Positions 1-11,108 of a DNA stretch of 64,000 bases are shown piece by piece. The position numbers were made by a program, and so were the translations under genes. The stretch is from Scyliorhinus canicula (Eukaryota). Position 1 is the first letter of the stretch; each line of letters begins with the position of its first letter. The notes beneath the pieces were generated by a model, which was not told the origin of the DNA, searched no databases, and saw only the letters and a program-made list of their open reading frames with translations. Location: positions 60,236,818 through 60,300,817 of the forward strand of contig NC_052152.1 in NCBI RefSeq assembly GCF_902713615.1, given 5' to 3'.

Positions 1-169
1 AAAATGTTCATTCAGCAGTTACGTAAAACTTTGCACACAATTGTTCACCGGGAGAAGGTGTATGGGGACTGTCGTGTGTAACGGCAAAGCACGGGATTTT
101 CAAAATAAAGCAATTAGCAAGAAACATAGACAATTTTCATAGATTCGATGTGGCTGATTTAGAGTAAAC

Positions 170-809
170 TGTGTTTTAGTGCTCAGCAGAAAATGTGGCG
201 AACGTATATGGCACACTGGTGGTTGCATTAGTAGGGACATTAGCATTTTAATCTTGCATGGTTGCTCGAGCTCTCACTCACCATGTGCACCACCATTTAC
301 ATGGATGCTCCTGCCAATCTCAAACAGGAGTAGTCAAGGTCACCACACCGGCAACCCTACTCAAAAAATCTTTGTGCTTTACAGATACCGTACATCTTTG
401 AAGGTAGTGGTGGTCAACCGACTGATGAATGAAACCCTTTTCCTTTTAGCATTTAAACCATAGTCTGCGTTGCTGAACAGAGCAAGTTGTGTACCCATCA
501 TCACATGGCCAAACGGCAGGTTAAATAATTGTTTTCCTCCCACACAGTAATGTGTGTTCGAGTCGTCCCTATTGCCCTAGTTTCCACCTATTGCGTTTGG
601 TAGGCAATCCTGAAAGGATCGTTTTCGGCACATGTATTGATTCTCCCGCGGTATGTGTGCGTCTAAAAATATGGGTGTCACTTTTGCCGTATCAGTAATG
701 CTGCCAGTCTTCAGCAACCTTCTGAATAAACAGCAAATACCTTCTGTTGTGTACCGCACGTTAGCATTTCAACAACACCTGCATTAATGGCTGTCATTCT
801 TTGATACAT
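170..809 (-). pseudogene. Frameshifted adenain/CE-clan cysteine protease-like gene
   Basis: Manual translation across frameshifts: MYQRMTAINAGVVEMLTCGTQQKVFAVYS...CLPNAIGGN*GNRDDSNTHYCVGGKQLFNLPFGHVMMGTQLALFSNADYGLNAKRKRVSFIS...KAQRFFE*GCRCGDL/LLLFEIG. Motif order parallels adenain AIVNT..HW..LFEPFG..FEY..Q..CG. His codon 550-552, PFG 508-516, Gln 372-374, Cys 345-347. No catalytic acid is visible. 3' end approximate. Confidence 0.4.
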
Positions 810-890
810 CAGTTGAACCCACACATTAGAATTTAAGTGAGAGCCACACTGATGCATATAATTTTTGAACTATGTGAGCATCCTTAACAA

Positions 891-1686
891 ATGGTTAATA
901 TTTTGGGGGTTTACATTGTATTTTACCATTTTTGTTTGCAGTCATGAAGGTCACACACGAGCACCAGGGAGGTTCAGAGCCCTTATGAACCATGCACTTG
1001 TAGTGCCAATGACGTTAAATCTGCATAAAAACGCTTTGCCAACAAAGCAGTATTTTATACAGTAGACGGTATTAATTTGCGCCTTGTAACATAGAAAATG
1101 TGATTGACAGTGACTGGGACTTCTCTGGGATCTCCGAGAGATGTTCGAGTGTTTTCTGCCGAGGAATCGGTCACGTTTTGAAAAGTATGTTTTACTAGGT
1201 GTACGTGCTGCTGTGGCAGGCTTGCTAACAGTATTTTTCACTTTCACTTGTATTTTAAGGTCAATTTTTTAAAAGATTTCTGCAGTTAAAATAATTACAA
1301 CTCAGTGGGGTTGATCCGTCTAGTCAGGGTTCAGAATTCAGCTTTCCAGCATTTTGACTGTGATTCAGAACACTAACTAAATAAACAGTTTGACATTTAG
1401 GAAAGTGGCGTTTTTTTTGCACCGTGTCACTTTTAACAGCAGAAAGATTCTGCTGGACGTGAAACACCGATCTGTACAATAATCTATGCATGTGGCAAAC
1501 GTATCCTATGAAAGGAAAATGGTTCAACTGAATGAAACGTGTGCTTTGATTTTGACTCGATTCCTTGCTAACGCTGCGATATTGCTGTACGTTGCCCATG
1601 TGTTCTCAGTCGTTTACGTAATTGTGGTAAACACGCGTCTCAGAGCCGACTCTGGTGCATTGAAATCATTGATTTATTTTAATTAA
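891..1686 (+). pseudogene. One or two decayed membrane-protein-like frames (hydrophobic N-terminus, Cys-rich segment, TM-like segments)
   Basis: ATG 891 gives MVNILGVYIVFYHFCLQS, followed by Cys-rich PYEPCTCSAND..APCNIENVIDSDWDFSGISERCSSVFC. TM-like YVLLGVRAAVAGLLTVFFTFTCIL (~1185-1255) and AAILLYVAHVFSVVYVIVV (~1573-1630). Stop TAA 1684-1686 then AATAAA 1688-1693. Confidence 0.3.
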
Positions 1687-2364
1687 AAATAAACGCTTGT
1701 TTGGTATTTACAACGTCAATCGCTCGCGTTTCACCCAGATTGCATAGGCCTAACTAAGCGTGGTGGTGAAAGGTATTGTAGCTCTTTATCAACTGAGCGG
1801 CTTTCCCATGTCGATCGTAACCCTCCTGTCGATCGCAAACAGATCGCAGACCGAAAATGGAGTCGGAAAAAGTTTGCTACCATATCCTTCCTCGCTCATG
1901 GCAATGTCGTCCTTCTCGTATGAATGGGTTGCGGATTGTGCATATAGATCGTGCAGAGCATTGGGGATGAAAAAGGAGCTACTTTTGTTGTTCAGGCTCA
2001 TTGAATATTTACTTCGCTTTGACTGCCTGTTCACAGACAATGGCTTCGGCTCATGGCTCCGACTGTGGAGCGGGAAAAGAGCCGCGTAGTCCACGTTCCC
2101 GATCACATGCCAATCATACTGACTACCCTGAGGTTAAATAGCGATCCTTACCTAAAGAATGCTTATCGTTCAGCGCGCTGCATCTTGTGCTCCCCGACGC
2201 ATTTTACATTCAAAGTACATCAACAGCCCCGGGGGGGGGGGGGGGGGCAGCAGACGTACCCTGTTGAAAATATCTGCCCATTGCATCCTTGTGGGGTCGG
2301 CAGCGAGAACCTGCAGCGATATTACAGCTGAAGGTCGTTGCAAATTCAATGCACACGGTGCCAT
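1679..2364 (-). pseudogene. Decayed ~230-codon gene of unknown function (virus-like block)
   Basis: Starts aaacATGG at 2364. Track ORFs 2170..2364 and 1789..2106 are consecutive pieces. Final piece LGETRAIDVVNTKQAFIFN ends at TAA 1681-1679, followed by minus-strand AATAAA. Confidence 0.35.
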
Positions 2365-2509
2365 GTTTACTTAAAAACTACACGCGAGGGACGAACCCGC
2401 CCTGTATTTTGGAATAGTCTAAACAATTTGGCCGTAACAAGGTGCTGTGCTCTGAGGATCGTTACCGGGTTTGTGTCTCGGGGCTTCTAGCACGCAACAA
2501 TAAATCACA

Positions 2510-3430
2510 TTATTTAACCCAGGGAGTGTGAGTCACGTTCTCTGAGGTGCAGCACCATATTTCCTGGGGGAGTGTGCATGAAAGCCGTAAACCTAAGCTA
2601 TTTCCATTGGTGATCGGCGCCCTATAGATCTTTAGTAACGCGGGGTCAGATACATGCCAATCAGCTTATCACGGGGAGGGGGTGTTGGGGGCGTGGGAAA
2701 TTAGGATGTCTGAGCAATCTTTCCTTTCCAAGTTCCACATTGATTCGAAAACTATTGCACGGACAGTGGCTGCACCTTTAAGAGACTTATTTATTGAATT
2801 GGTAATCGAACCCCTTTCGGGGCGAGAATATGAACAATAGGCGGCTGGTAGACTGTAATAATATTTCGACTGGGAGAGCTGCTTCTCTTCACGACACCAT
2901 TTTCCGCGACTTGTACAACAAATTGATGTAAACACAAAGTTGCGCTGAAACGATGCTAGACGCATCATTTTATAATGGTTTCCGTGTGCAGCAGAAGGGT
3001 AGTAGGATCGCTAAGTGTTGTAGCTGCCATAGATATTGACCAGCCTTTGCAAACTCCTCTGTGCCTCCCGCCCATGTTTCCATGTGAAGTACACATGGTT
3101 ACAAAAGTTAATACTTTATTTAAAAGTGCAGAATGAGCACATTTCATCGATCTGTATTTACTGAGCACAACTCCATCGAGGGACTTTTTTTTAGCGCTTA
3201 TACTTTGAAACATGTGGCGTGTGTGTACTGTTCGTGTGCACAGATTCCAGCGATTGTGATTAATGCAACATATATTTTCAGCAATATTTCCATCAGCATT
3301 AGGAAACGATTGCCTGTGCTGTGTTGGAAAGCGGTTTTAGCTGTTGGCTGATCAGGTGATGGACCCACAAAAGTTCTGTTACATAAATTTGGTACTTGAC
3401 AATCGGTTTTGAGAATTTCAAAGTTAGAAT
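2510..3430 (+). pseudogene. Decayed ~300-codon frame of unknown function (weak protein-kinase-like motifs)
   Basis: Protein-like pieces across stops/frameshifts: YHGEGVLGAWEIRMSEQSFLSKFHIDSKTIARTVAAPLRDLFIELVIEPL, HDTIFRDLYNKLM, VVAAIDIDQPL, ETIACAVLESGFS. The GxGxxG..K..E spacing is kinase-like, but no clean HRD/DFG motif is present. Confidence 0.2.
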
Positions 3431-3459
3431 GAGCAACCAGGCAGTATACTGTGTCTGTA

Positions 3460-3850
3460 CATCAAAAATAAAAGAAACTGCAGATGCTGAAAATCTGAAA
3501 CACAAAACAGAAAATGCTGGGACCGTTCAGCAAGTCTGGCAGTATCTATGGAAATAACAGATGAGTTAAGGTTTCAAACATAGACCCCGTGGTCAGCATT
3601 GACCAATTGTTTCGAAGAAGAGTCTACGCGTGAAAGATTAACCCTCTCCACACATGCTGCCTGACCTGCTGACTGCAACATTGTTTTGTGTTTCTTCTTT
3701 AAAACTGAGACTAGCAACGTATTTAAACAAAAGCAAGATACACGCATGCTGGAAGTCTGAATTAAAATCAAAAATTGCTGGAAATATTCAGCCAAGCAGG
3801 CAGCATCAGTGAGGAGAGAAACAGGGTTAATATTTCAGGAACCCTTCAGA
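3460..3850. mobile_element. Penelope-derived terminal-repeat fragments (two partial copies)
   Basis: Typical ctgcagatgctg..aatctgaa..aaaacagaaaatgctgg..cagcaagtctggcagtatct motif twice (3476, 3746) and an inverted end acatgctgcctgacctgctga. Decayed hammerhead-like ..gaagaagagtc..gaaagattaac at ~3612-3642. Confidence 0.55.
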
Positions 3851-4072
3851 AATGTTTACTTTAACGTATATAAATATGTTTTCAGATTAAGAATAAATGG
3901 CTATAATTTGGTAAAATTTGGAAATTGGACTTGCTCATTGATTTTAAAGATCTCGACCTGATTATAATTACAGTTAACGTGAGAAGTAAGTTCGTTTCAG
4001 TCTAACTCCTCAGCTGCTGGTGTCCACAATTGTGGGTAATTTTAAATCACATTGACATTACCCAAGAGTGAC

Positions 4073-4243
4073 TCTTGTTTAGCACAGTGGGCTAAACAGC
4101 TGGCTTGTAATGCAGAACAAGGCCAGCAGCGCGAGTTCAATTCCCGTACTGGCCTCCCCGAACAGGTGCCGGAATGTGGCGACTAGGGACTTTTCACAGT
4201 AACTTCATTGAAGCCTACTTGTGACAATAATAATAATTATTAT
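4073..4243 (+). mobile_element. Short tRNA-headed SINE (family with cggaatgtggcgactaggg..cctacttgtgacaata tail)
   Basis: A/B-box-like head (tagcacagtgg, gttcaattcc), shared tail, (aat)n end; near-identical copies at 6307, 14135, 31538, 44697, 55686. Confidence 0.85.
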
Positions 4244-4289
4244 TACTTTCTAAATGGAGATGGAACTGCTATTCACACAGATTTTAGCA

Positions 4290-5110
4290 AACCGGGACAG
4301 GAGTGGACCATTCGGCCCTTTGAGCCTGCTCTGCCATTCAATATGATCATGCCTGGTCATCCAATGTGGGTAACCTGTTTCCAATTTCCCCCTCATCCTT
4401 TGATCTCTTTAGCCCCAACAGCTTTATCCAACTCCTTCTTGAAACCATACAATGTTTTGGCCTCAACTGCTTTCTATGGTAACGATTTCCACAGGCTCAC
4501 CATTCTCTTGGTGAAGAAATTTCTCCTCATCTCAGTCCTAAATGGTTTACCCCGTATCCTTAGACTGTGACCCCTGGTTCTGGTCTCCCCAGCCATCGGG
4601 AACATCCTTCCTGCATCTACGCAATCTTGTCCTGTTAGAGGTTTATAGGTTTCTATTAGATTCTCTCTCCCCCCCCCCCCCCCCAATTCTTCTTAACCAT
4701 CAAATACAATCAAAACTGTCTCAAACCTCTCCTCGTATGTCAGTCCCGCCATCCCAGGAATCAGCCTGGTAAACCTTCGCTGCACTCCTTCGATAGCAAG
4801 AACACCCTTCCTCAGAGAAGGAGACCAAAACTACACATATTCCAGGTGTGGTCTCACCAAGTCCCTGTGTAACTGCAGCAAAACATCCCTGCTCCTATAC
4901 TCCAATTCTCTTGCTATGAAGCCAACATACCATTTGCCTTACTACCTGCTGCACCTGGTAGCTTCCTTTTAGTGACTGGTGTACAAGGACACCCAACCTC
5001 GTTGCACATTTCCCTCTCTCAATTCAGATAATCTACCTTCCTGCTTTTGCTACTTAAGTGGATAACTTCTCATTTATCCACTTTATACTGCATCTGCCAT
5101 GCATTTGCCT
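4290..5110 (-). mobile_element. CR1 LINE 3' fragment (ORF2 C-terminus)
   Basis: ORF 4474..4686 LIETYK..RMFPMAGETRTRGHSLRIRGKPFRTEMRRNFFT..VSLWKSLP is the canonical CR1 ORF2 C-terminal motif. Confidence 0.9.
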
Positions 5111-5759
5111 GCTCACTGCTGTCATGTCATTCAAATAAATGTTACATATGATTGTGGAACTCTGAGAACTGCAAAAATCAATGCCCCCCCCCCCCCCCCC
5201 CAAGGCACACGCAAGCATGCACACACACACACTGCTGCAAGTGGACCGAACGGCTGCATGCCTCAGGCTTGTGTCACTGTTGAAACACATGCTTTGTTTA
5301 ACATACAAAGCACCATTAGTTTTACATGTCTTTCACTCAATGGTAAATAGCACTGGAGAAGCTATGGGTGTTATTACAACCAGGGTGGGAACAGAGCATG
5401 TATTATCTAGCCCCATTACTCCACAGGCTGTACCATTGATTTAAAAGTTTAATTTTATCTCCAAAATGGTCAATTGTCTACCTTCATTGGTGGCACCCAT
5501 AATAAAAGAGATGTTCATCAGACTTCTTTCAAGAAACAACAAACCTTTCGTTTCTTATAAAACAAAGCTTTTTTTTTTAACAAGCTGCAACACTGGTTAA
5601 TGTACAATTGTAATCTGGAAGTCTAACTATCTCTCTTCCGAAAACAATTCCCCCAGCACGCACACACAAACAGAATCTCTTTGCAGAGATGGGCTTTACA
5701 GGATAGGTGTTATTAAATAAAGGATAAAGTTTGCAGGGTCTTGACACTGTTGATCTGGA

Positions 5760-6960
5760 GTTCTGGCATCCTCCTCCTGCAGCACATCGCCCCTCTACTG
5801 CATGATGTAGAGGATGCAGCAGGCCACCACGATGTGGGAGACTCTCCTGGCGCTATACAGAGTGCAGGCACCTGAAACACATCTTCAGGATGCCCGATCA
5901 CGGCCCTGGTCACGGCATGGGTATCATTATAGTGGGTCTCTGCCTCAGCCTGTGGCCTCCAAATAGGCGTCATCAGCCACGACTGCAGTGGATAACGCCT
6001 GTGTCCAGGAGTCAACGCCTCACCCGGGGGTGTGCCTCGAAGAAGTCAGAAACTGTTGAGTGTGCCAGGATGAAGGTGCTGCCCGGGTATTGGATGCAGG
6101 CGTGCATGATGTGTATCCCATGGTCACACACCAGCTGCATATTCATAGAGTGAAACTCTTTTCAATTTGTGAAGACTGGCCTGTCATGGGCCGGTGCTTG
6201 TAGGGTGATATGCATCCCATCGATCACCCCCGGATCTGGAATATCTCGGCGATCACGGTGAACCCCGCTGCCCGGGCATCCTGGTGGACTCGGTCCACAA
6301 ATTTAAGGGGCTGGTTTAGCTCACAAGGCTAAATCGCTGGCTTTTAAAGCAGACCAAGCAGGCCAGCAGCACGGTTCGATTCCCGTACCAGCCTCCCCGG
6401 ACAGGTGCCGGAATGTGGCGACTAGGGGCTTTTCACAGTAACTTCATTGAAGCCTACTCGTGACAATAAGCGATTTTCATTCATTTTTCATTTTCATTTT
6501 CATTTCATTTCATTCATATTGTGCCAATCGGGCATACAGGGCCTACATGACTGCCTGCATATACCTGTGCACCGAGTTCTGAGATATTGCAGAGTGGTCC
6601 CCACTTGACGCCTGGAAGTACTCTGTGGCATAAACGTTCAGGGCAACTGTGATGGCCACCAGGAGCGGGTATCCTGCCTCATACCTTTGCAGTGTCAGGT
6701 GCACCACAATCTGGCAGATATGTCACATGGCCCCCCTGCTTAGCCGGACTCTTCGACCGCATGCCAGGTCTGGCAGGTACACATGAGGCCTGTTGCGGCG
6801 CCTTCGCCCCACCGCCTGCTTGGCCTCTTGGGTGGCCGGCTCCCCGTCCTTGCCGGCTGCCTCCTGTTCCTCTGGGGCAGGCTCCACTGCTGCAGGGTCC
6901 TCTGAGTAACTCCATCTCGTACAGCCTTGGTGCATCCCCAGGGTTACGGCGACCAGGAAG
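5760..6960 (-). mobile_element. PIF/Harbinger transposon, decayed DDE transposase (HARBI1-like), interrupted by a SINE
   Basis: YPLQSWLMTPIWRPQAEAETHYNDTHAVTRAVI (ORF 5713..6015) and GVIDGMHI at ~6210-6232 match DDE_Tnp_4/Harbinger motifs. Confidence 0.85.
6307..6515 (+). mobile_element. Short tRNA-headed SINE with (ttttca)n tail
   Basis: Same family as 4073-4243. Confidence 0.85.
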
Positions 6961-7978
6961 AGGGGGGGGGGGGGGGGGGGGGTTGAACACATCACCAGAA
7001 CTGAAGGATTGACTTCCCATTTTTTTCTGAAGTGCAGTGTCGAGTTCTACGTATTGTAATTTCATAACTTTTTTAAAATCTTGGGTTTATCTGTGGTTCA
7101 GTGGGTAATTTGCGAGCCTCAGAGTTGGGGTGTAGGTACAGGTTTGATTGTCACACTTGCTGGAACATACTCCTGGTTCGATGCCTGTTGGGCAAAGATT
7201 GGACTTCAGTAATGATGCACCCCAAAATTCCATAATTTGGTAACACTCTTTGTTTAGACTTAAACATGTAGAATGACAACTGGAGAAAGCATGGAGACAC
7301 TGCAATATAATAGCATGGCAAGAGTCAGCACTTTCAGGGTGTGAAGGAAGAACATTCGAGGAGATAAAGGATTTTTTTTTTTTAGTAACAGTTACTGACT
7401 GTAAAAAAGGCAGTGTAAGGAGAATTTGAAGTGCTTTTTTAGTAATTTCACTAAATCCTTCAATCCATTTTATTTCATTCTCTTGAGAATACCAAACTCA
7501 TCTCATAACCTTTCAAGTACCTAGATATTAATCGATAATCCCAGTATCGTGACCTTGTTTGTGAAAAACATGATTTACCATCCAAAAAGGCGAGTGACCC
7601 TACTATAGTTTCAACTGTAGAGTTAAACAGAATAACTGGATAAAATGTATTGGAGATTGAACTGCAATGTCACATTAGCACAAATCTTTCCTTTGAGAAG
7701 TGACTTCTATGCCAGCATGACATGCAGCCCAAAATATTGCAATAGGACACTGCAAACTACCACCCAAGCTGACACCAAATATGGCATGAGTTTGACGTCC
7801 AATATTTCTGATATGTCACAGGTGCTCACACAAAATTGGAGGAGTGCAATGCGTTCTTACAGATAAAAGTGTCAACTAGTTCTTTGCATTTTGTAATCAT
7901 TCAAAGCGTGGATGCTTGGTTTGATGTACACAAAGTATTTTTTCTGGAACCAAACAATTTTTTTTTAAAAAAGAAAAA

Positions 7979-8101
7979 GGGCTGGATGCTTCCTCACGGC
8001 GCACCGGATTTCTGGTTCAGTACACCGTTGGGATGCTCCGTTTCGGGAAACCTCTGAGCTGCCGGCAAAACAGAGCACCCCGCTGGCGGAGAATCCAGCC
8101 C
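7979..8101. mobile_element. 123-bp MITE (Harbinger-like)
   Basis: Terminal inverted repeats GGGCTGGAT...ATCCAGCCC; GC-rich island in AT-rich flank. Confidence 0.6.
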
Positions 8102-9784
8102 ATAATTTTTGTTGTGTCTAAAATGAGTGTTATATAACGACTGATTGTGTAGTGTATGTTCCTGGAAGGAATTACAAGACAGTACTTCAATTGAAGAGGC
8201 TACGTTAACACCTAAAATGAAGCATAAGAAAGTGCTTTATACCAATTATTTGAGCCTTCACATTAAGTAATGCCTTGAAATCATGTTTGCACATCTCTTA
8301 TTTATGATCTGTTGCACAGGGGTTTTATTCTGTTTTTGGCCAGCTGATGGTGTAAATGTTCATATGTTCCATGTCATGATTACACATTGACTCTGATGGA
8401 GGAGGAGTCCTGATTGTAGTCCATATTGTAGGTTTATCAGGAATAATTTGCAGTTGTTTCCTGAGAAATTCTATTTTTAGTGCATGTTATAATGTTACCT
8501 GGGCTCAGTGGTTTTTTAAGCAAGACATTTGAGTTAAAGCCCTGTTCCAATGCTTAAGTACATAATACACAAGTGCAGAAGAAATAGGAACAGGGGTGGG
8601 CTATTGAGCCCTTTGAGCATGGTGCACCTTTCAAATTATCATGGCTGATCTGATTGTGGCTTCAACTCCACTTCCTTGCCTGCCCCCATAGCCCTTGACT
8701 CCCTTGTATATAAAAAATGTGTGTAACTCCGCCTGAAACATATTCAATGACCCAGCCTCCAGAAGTATGAATTCCAATAAATTAGTGAGGGAAGAAATTC
8801 CTCCTTGGGTAAGTCTTAAATAGGAAATCTCATATTCTGAAACTGTGCCTCCTAGTTTTAGATTCCCACATGAGGGGAAACCCTACTCAGTCCAGTTGAT
8901 AGAGGTGTCCAAAATACACTTTATTATTAAGAATTTACTTAATACAGTTGCATAAGAACCGAATCAAAATTTAGATTAAATAATACATAAACTTGCCCGA
9001 ATACAGTGAAAAATCATTAAAACATTAATATAAGAAAATGTAAAGAAAATACTTCAAAAATAAAAATAATTTCTACAGATGCTTCAAGAATTTTGGAAGG
9101 CTAGAATTCTTCTAAAAAAATTAATAGTATGATCATATTCTTAAGGAAATCCTTATCTCTAGTTTAGCCCCTTACTCATTTCTCATTGTTTTTTGCTCTC
9201 AGCTGAGACCCTCTGATTCATTCAGAAAGGTGTTGATCATTCAACAGGTGATTAGTTAATTAGACATGAATCACTTACTCAAGAATAATTAATATTTTCC
9301 TAACACAGTATAGTTTCCCATGTTCTTGCACACGGTCTAAACATTTGCATCATGACTAGTCTCTAGCCTTACTATGTTACTAGATTATTGCAATTCTGTT
9401 GAGTGTGCCTTCATATTGTTTCTTTAGGTAAGGCTTATACAGTACATCCTGCGAAACATTGTGAGTATCTGTAGACACGACCTTAAATGTTCAATAGTTC
9501 CCTCATTTTCTATAAGTTGATTATACTTTTGCAGACTCAGTATTTTTTAAAGAATCATTTATTCTCCAATATATGCTTATTTGATTTCTTAAAGCACCCC
9601 AAATAATTGGTAAATACAGTACAGCCACTTCTTTCAGGTACCAACCTAGTTCTCTGAACTGTCTCTGTTGTAAGTATATAATTCCTTAAATAAGGAGGCC
9701 AAAACTATCCCCAGTATTCTAGGTCTGTTCTCACCAATTCCCTGCACAGTTGTAGCAGGATTTCCCAATATAATCCCTTTCGTA

Positions 9785-9991
9785 GGGCAGCACAGTGGCG
9801 CAGTGGTTAGCACTGCTGCCTACAGCACGGAGGACCCGGGTTCGATCCCGGCCCCGGGTCACTGTCTGTGTGGAGTTTGCATATTCTCCCTATGTCTGTG
9901 TGGGTCTCACCCCACAAGCCACAGACGTGCAAGTTGGGTGGATTGACCATGCTAAATTGCCCCTTAATTGGCAAAAAAACATTTTTAAATG
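9785..9991 (+). mobile_element. HE1-like V-SINE, short variant
   Basis: gggcagcacagtggcgcagtggttagcac head and V-domain; ~14-bp TSD taatccc(t/c)ttcgta. Confidence 0.9.
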
Positions 9992-10872
9992 TAATCCCCT
10001 TCGTAATAAATCCAACATTCCATTTACCTTTCCAATTACTGTACCTACGTGCTAACGTTTTGTGTTTCATGTACAAGGGCATCCAAATTCCTCTGTACCA
10101 CAGAGTTCAGCAACGTCTCTCCATTTAGATAATATGCTGTTTTTCTAATCTCCCGGCAAAGGGAACAGCCTCAACCTTTTATGTGGTAGCTCATCAAATG
10201 CCTTTAGAAAATCCAAATACTCCACCCCCTTTATCCATCCTACTTGCTACGTCCTCAAAGATCTCTAATAAATTTGTCAAGCACAATTTTCCTTTCACAA
10301 ACCCACATTAATTCTGCTTGATTGTGTTACAATTTTCTAAATGACCTACTACTACTTCCTTCAAATTGGATTCCAGCTTTTTCCCAATGACAGATGCTAA
10401 TAGTTTCCTCCCTTCTGTCTCTCTCTCTCTTTTCTTGAGTAGCGGTATTATGTTTGTGGTTTTCCATTGCACTTTCCAGAATTTAGGGAATTTGGATGAT
10501 CATTACCAAAACTATCTCTGCCACCACTTCTTTTAAGACCCTATGATGCAGGGCATCTGACCCAGAGGCCTTGCTAGCCTTTAACCCTGTTAGTTTTCCA
10601 AGTACTTTTTCTCCTCTGGTTGTTTTGACTTTTATTTTACTATTTTTGGAATGCATTCTATGTTTTCTACTGTAAAGACAGATACAAAATACTTGTTCAA
10701 AGAATCTGGCATTTCCTTGTTCCCATTATTAATTCCACAGTCTTACCCTCAATGGGGCCAATACTTACTTTAGCGACTCTCTTCCCTTTTAAATGTTTCC
10801 TTTTATTGTGTGTTTTTATATTTCTTGCTAATTTACTGTCATTCTAATTTGTGTCACAATTTCATTTAGTCA

Positions 10873-11108
10873 TCCTCCGGGTGCTCCGGTTTCCTCCCAC
10901 AGTCCAAAGATGTGCAGGTTAGGTGGATTGGCCATGCTAAATTGCCCTGTGTGTCCAACATTTCCCTTAGTGTTGTGTGGGGTTACTGGGTTATGGGGAT
11001 AGGGTGGAGGTGTGGACCTTGGGTAGGGCGCTCTTTCTAAGAGCCGGTGCAAACTTGATGAGCCGAATGGCCTCCTTCTGCACTGTAACTTCTATCTATC
11101 TATCTATC
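10873..11108 (+). mobile_element. HE1-like V-SINE, 5'-truncated, (tcta)n tail
   Basis: V-domain tcctccgggtgctccggtttcctcccacagtccaaagatgtgc plus CR1-like tail. Confidence 0.9.

Larger units (their letters stand above)
1..3440. mobile_element. Putative endogenous dsDNA virus fragment (left block); continues beyond window start
   Basis: About 33 CpG in 1681-2220 versus about 2 in 48001-48540 (hand counts). No SINE/LINE inside. Abutting decayed frames alternate +,-,+,-,+. Convergent overlapping stops with AATAAA on both strands at 1673-1693. Adenain-like remnant present. Confidence 0.6.

Noticed and set aside
1850-1880. Plus-strand TENGVGKSLL resembling a Walker A motif
   Set aside because: The first Gly is absent, no Walker B is evident, and the start/stop/poly(A) context favours the minus strand as coding here.
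2060-2130. Minus-strand VIGNVDYAALFP(S) resembling family B DNA polymerase motif A (DFxSLYPS)
   Set aside because: No KxxxNSxYG or YGDTDS was found downstream in the frames I translated, and the gene appears to end ~130 codons later at 1679.
2260-2370. Plus-strand CPLH..ENL..QCTRCH resembling a primase C-terminal zinc finger
   Set aside because: It is antisense to the better-supported frame starting at ATG 2364, and no upstream primase motifs were seen on that strand.
9785-9860. tRNA genes at SINE heads
   Set aside because: A/B boxes continue directly into SINE bodies; these are tRNA-derived heads, not cloverleaf genes.
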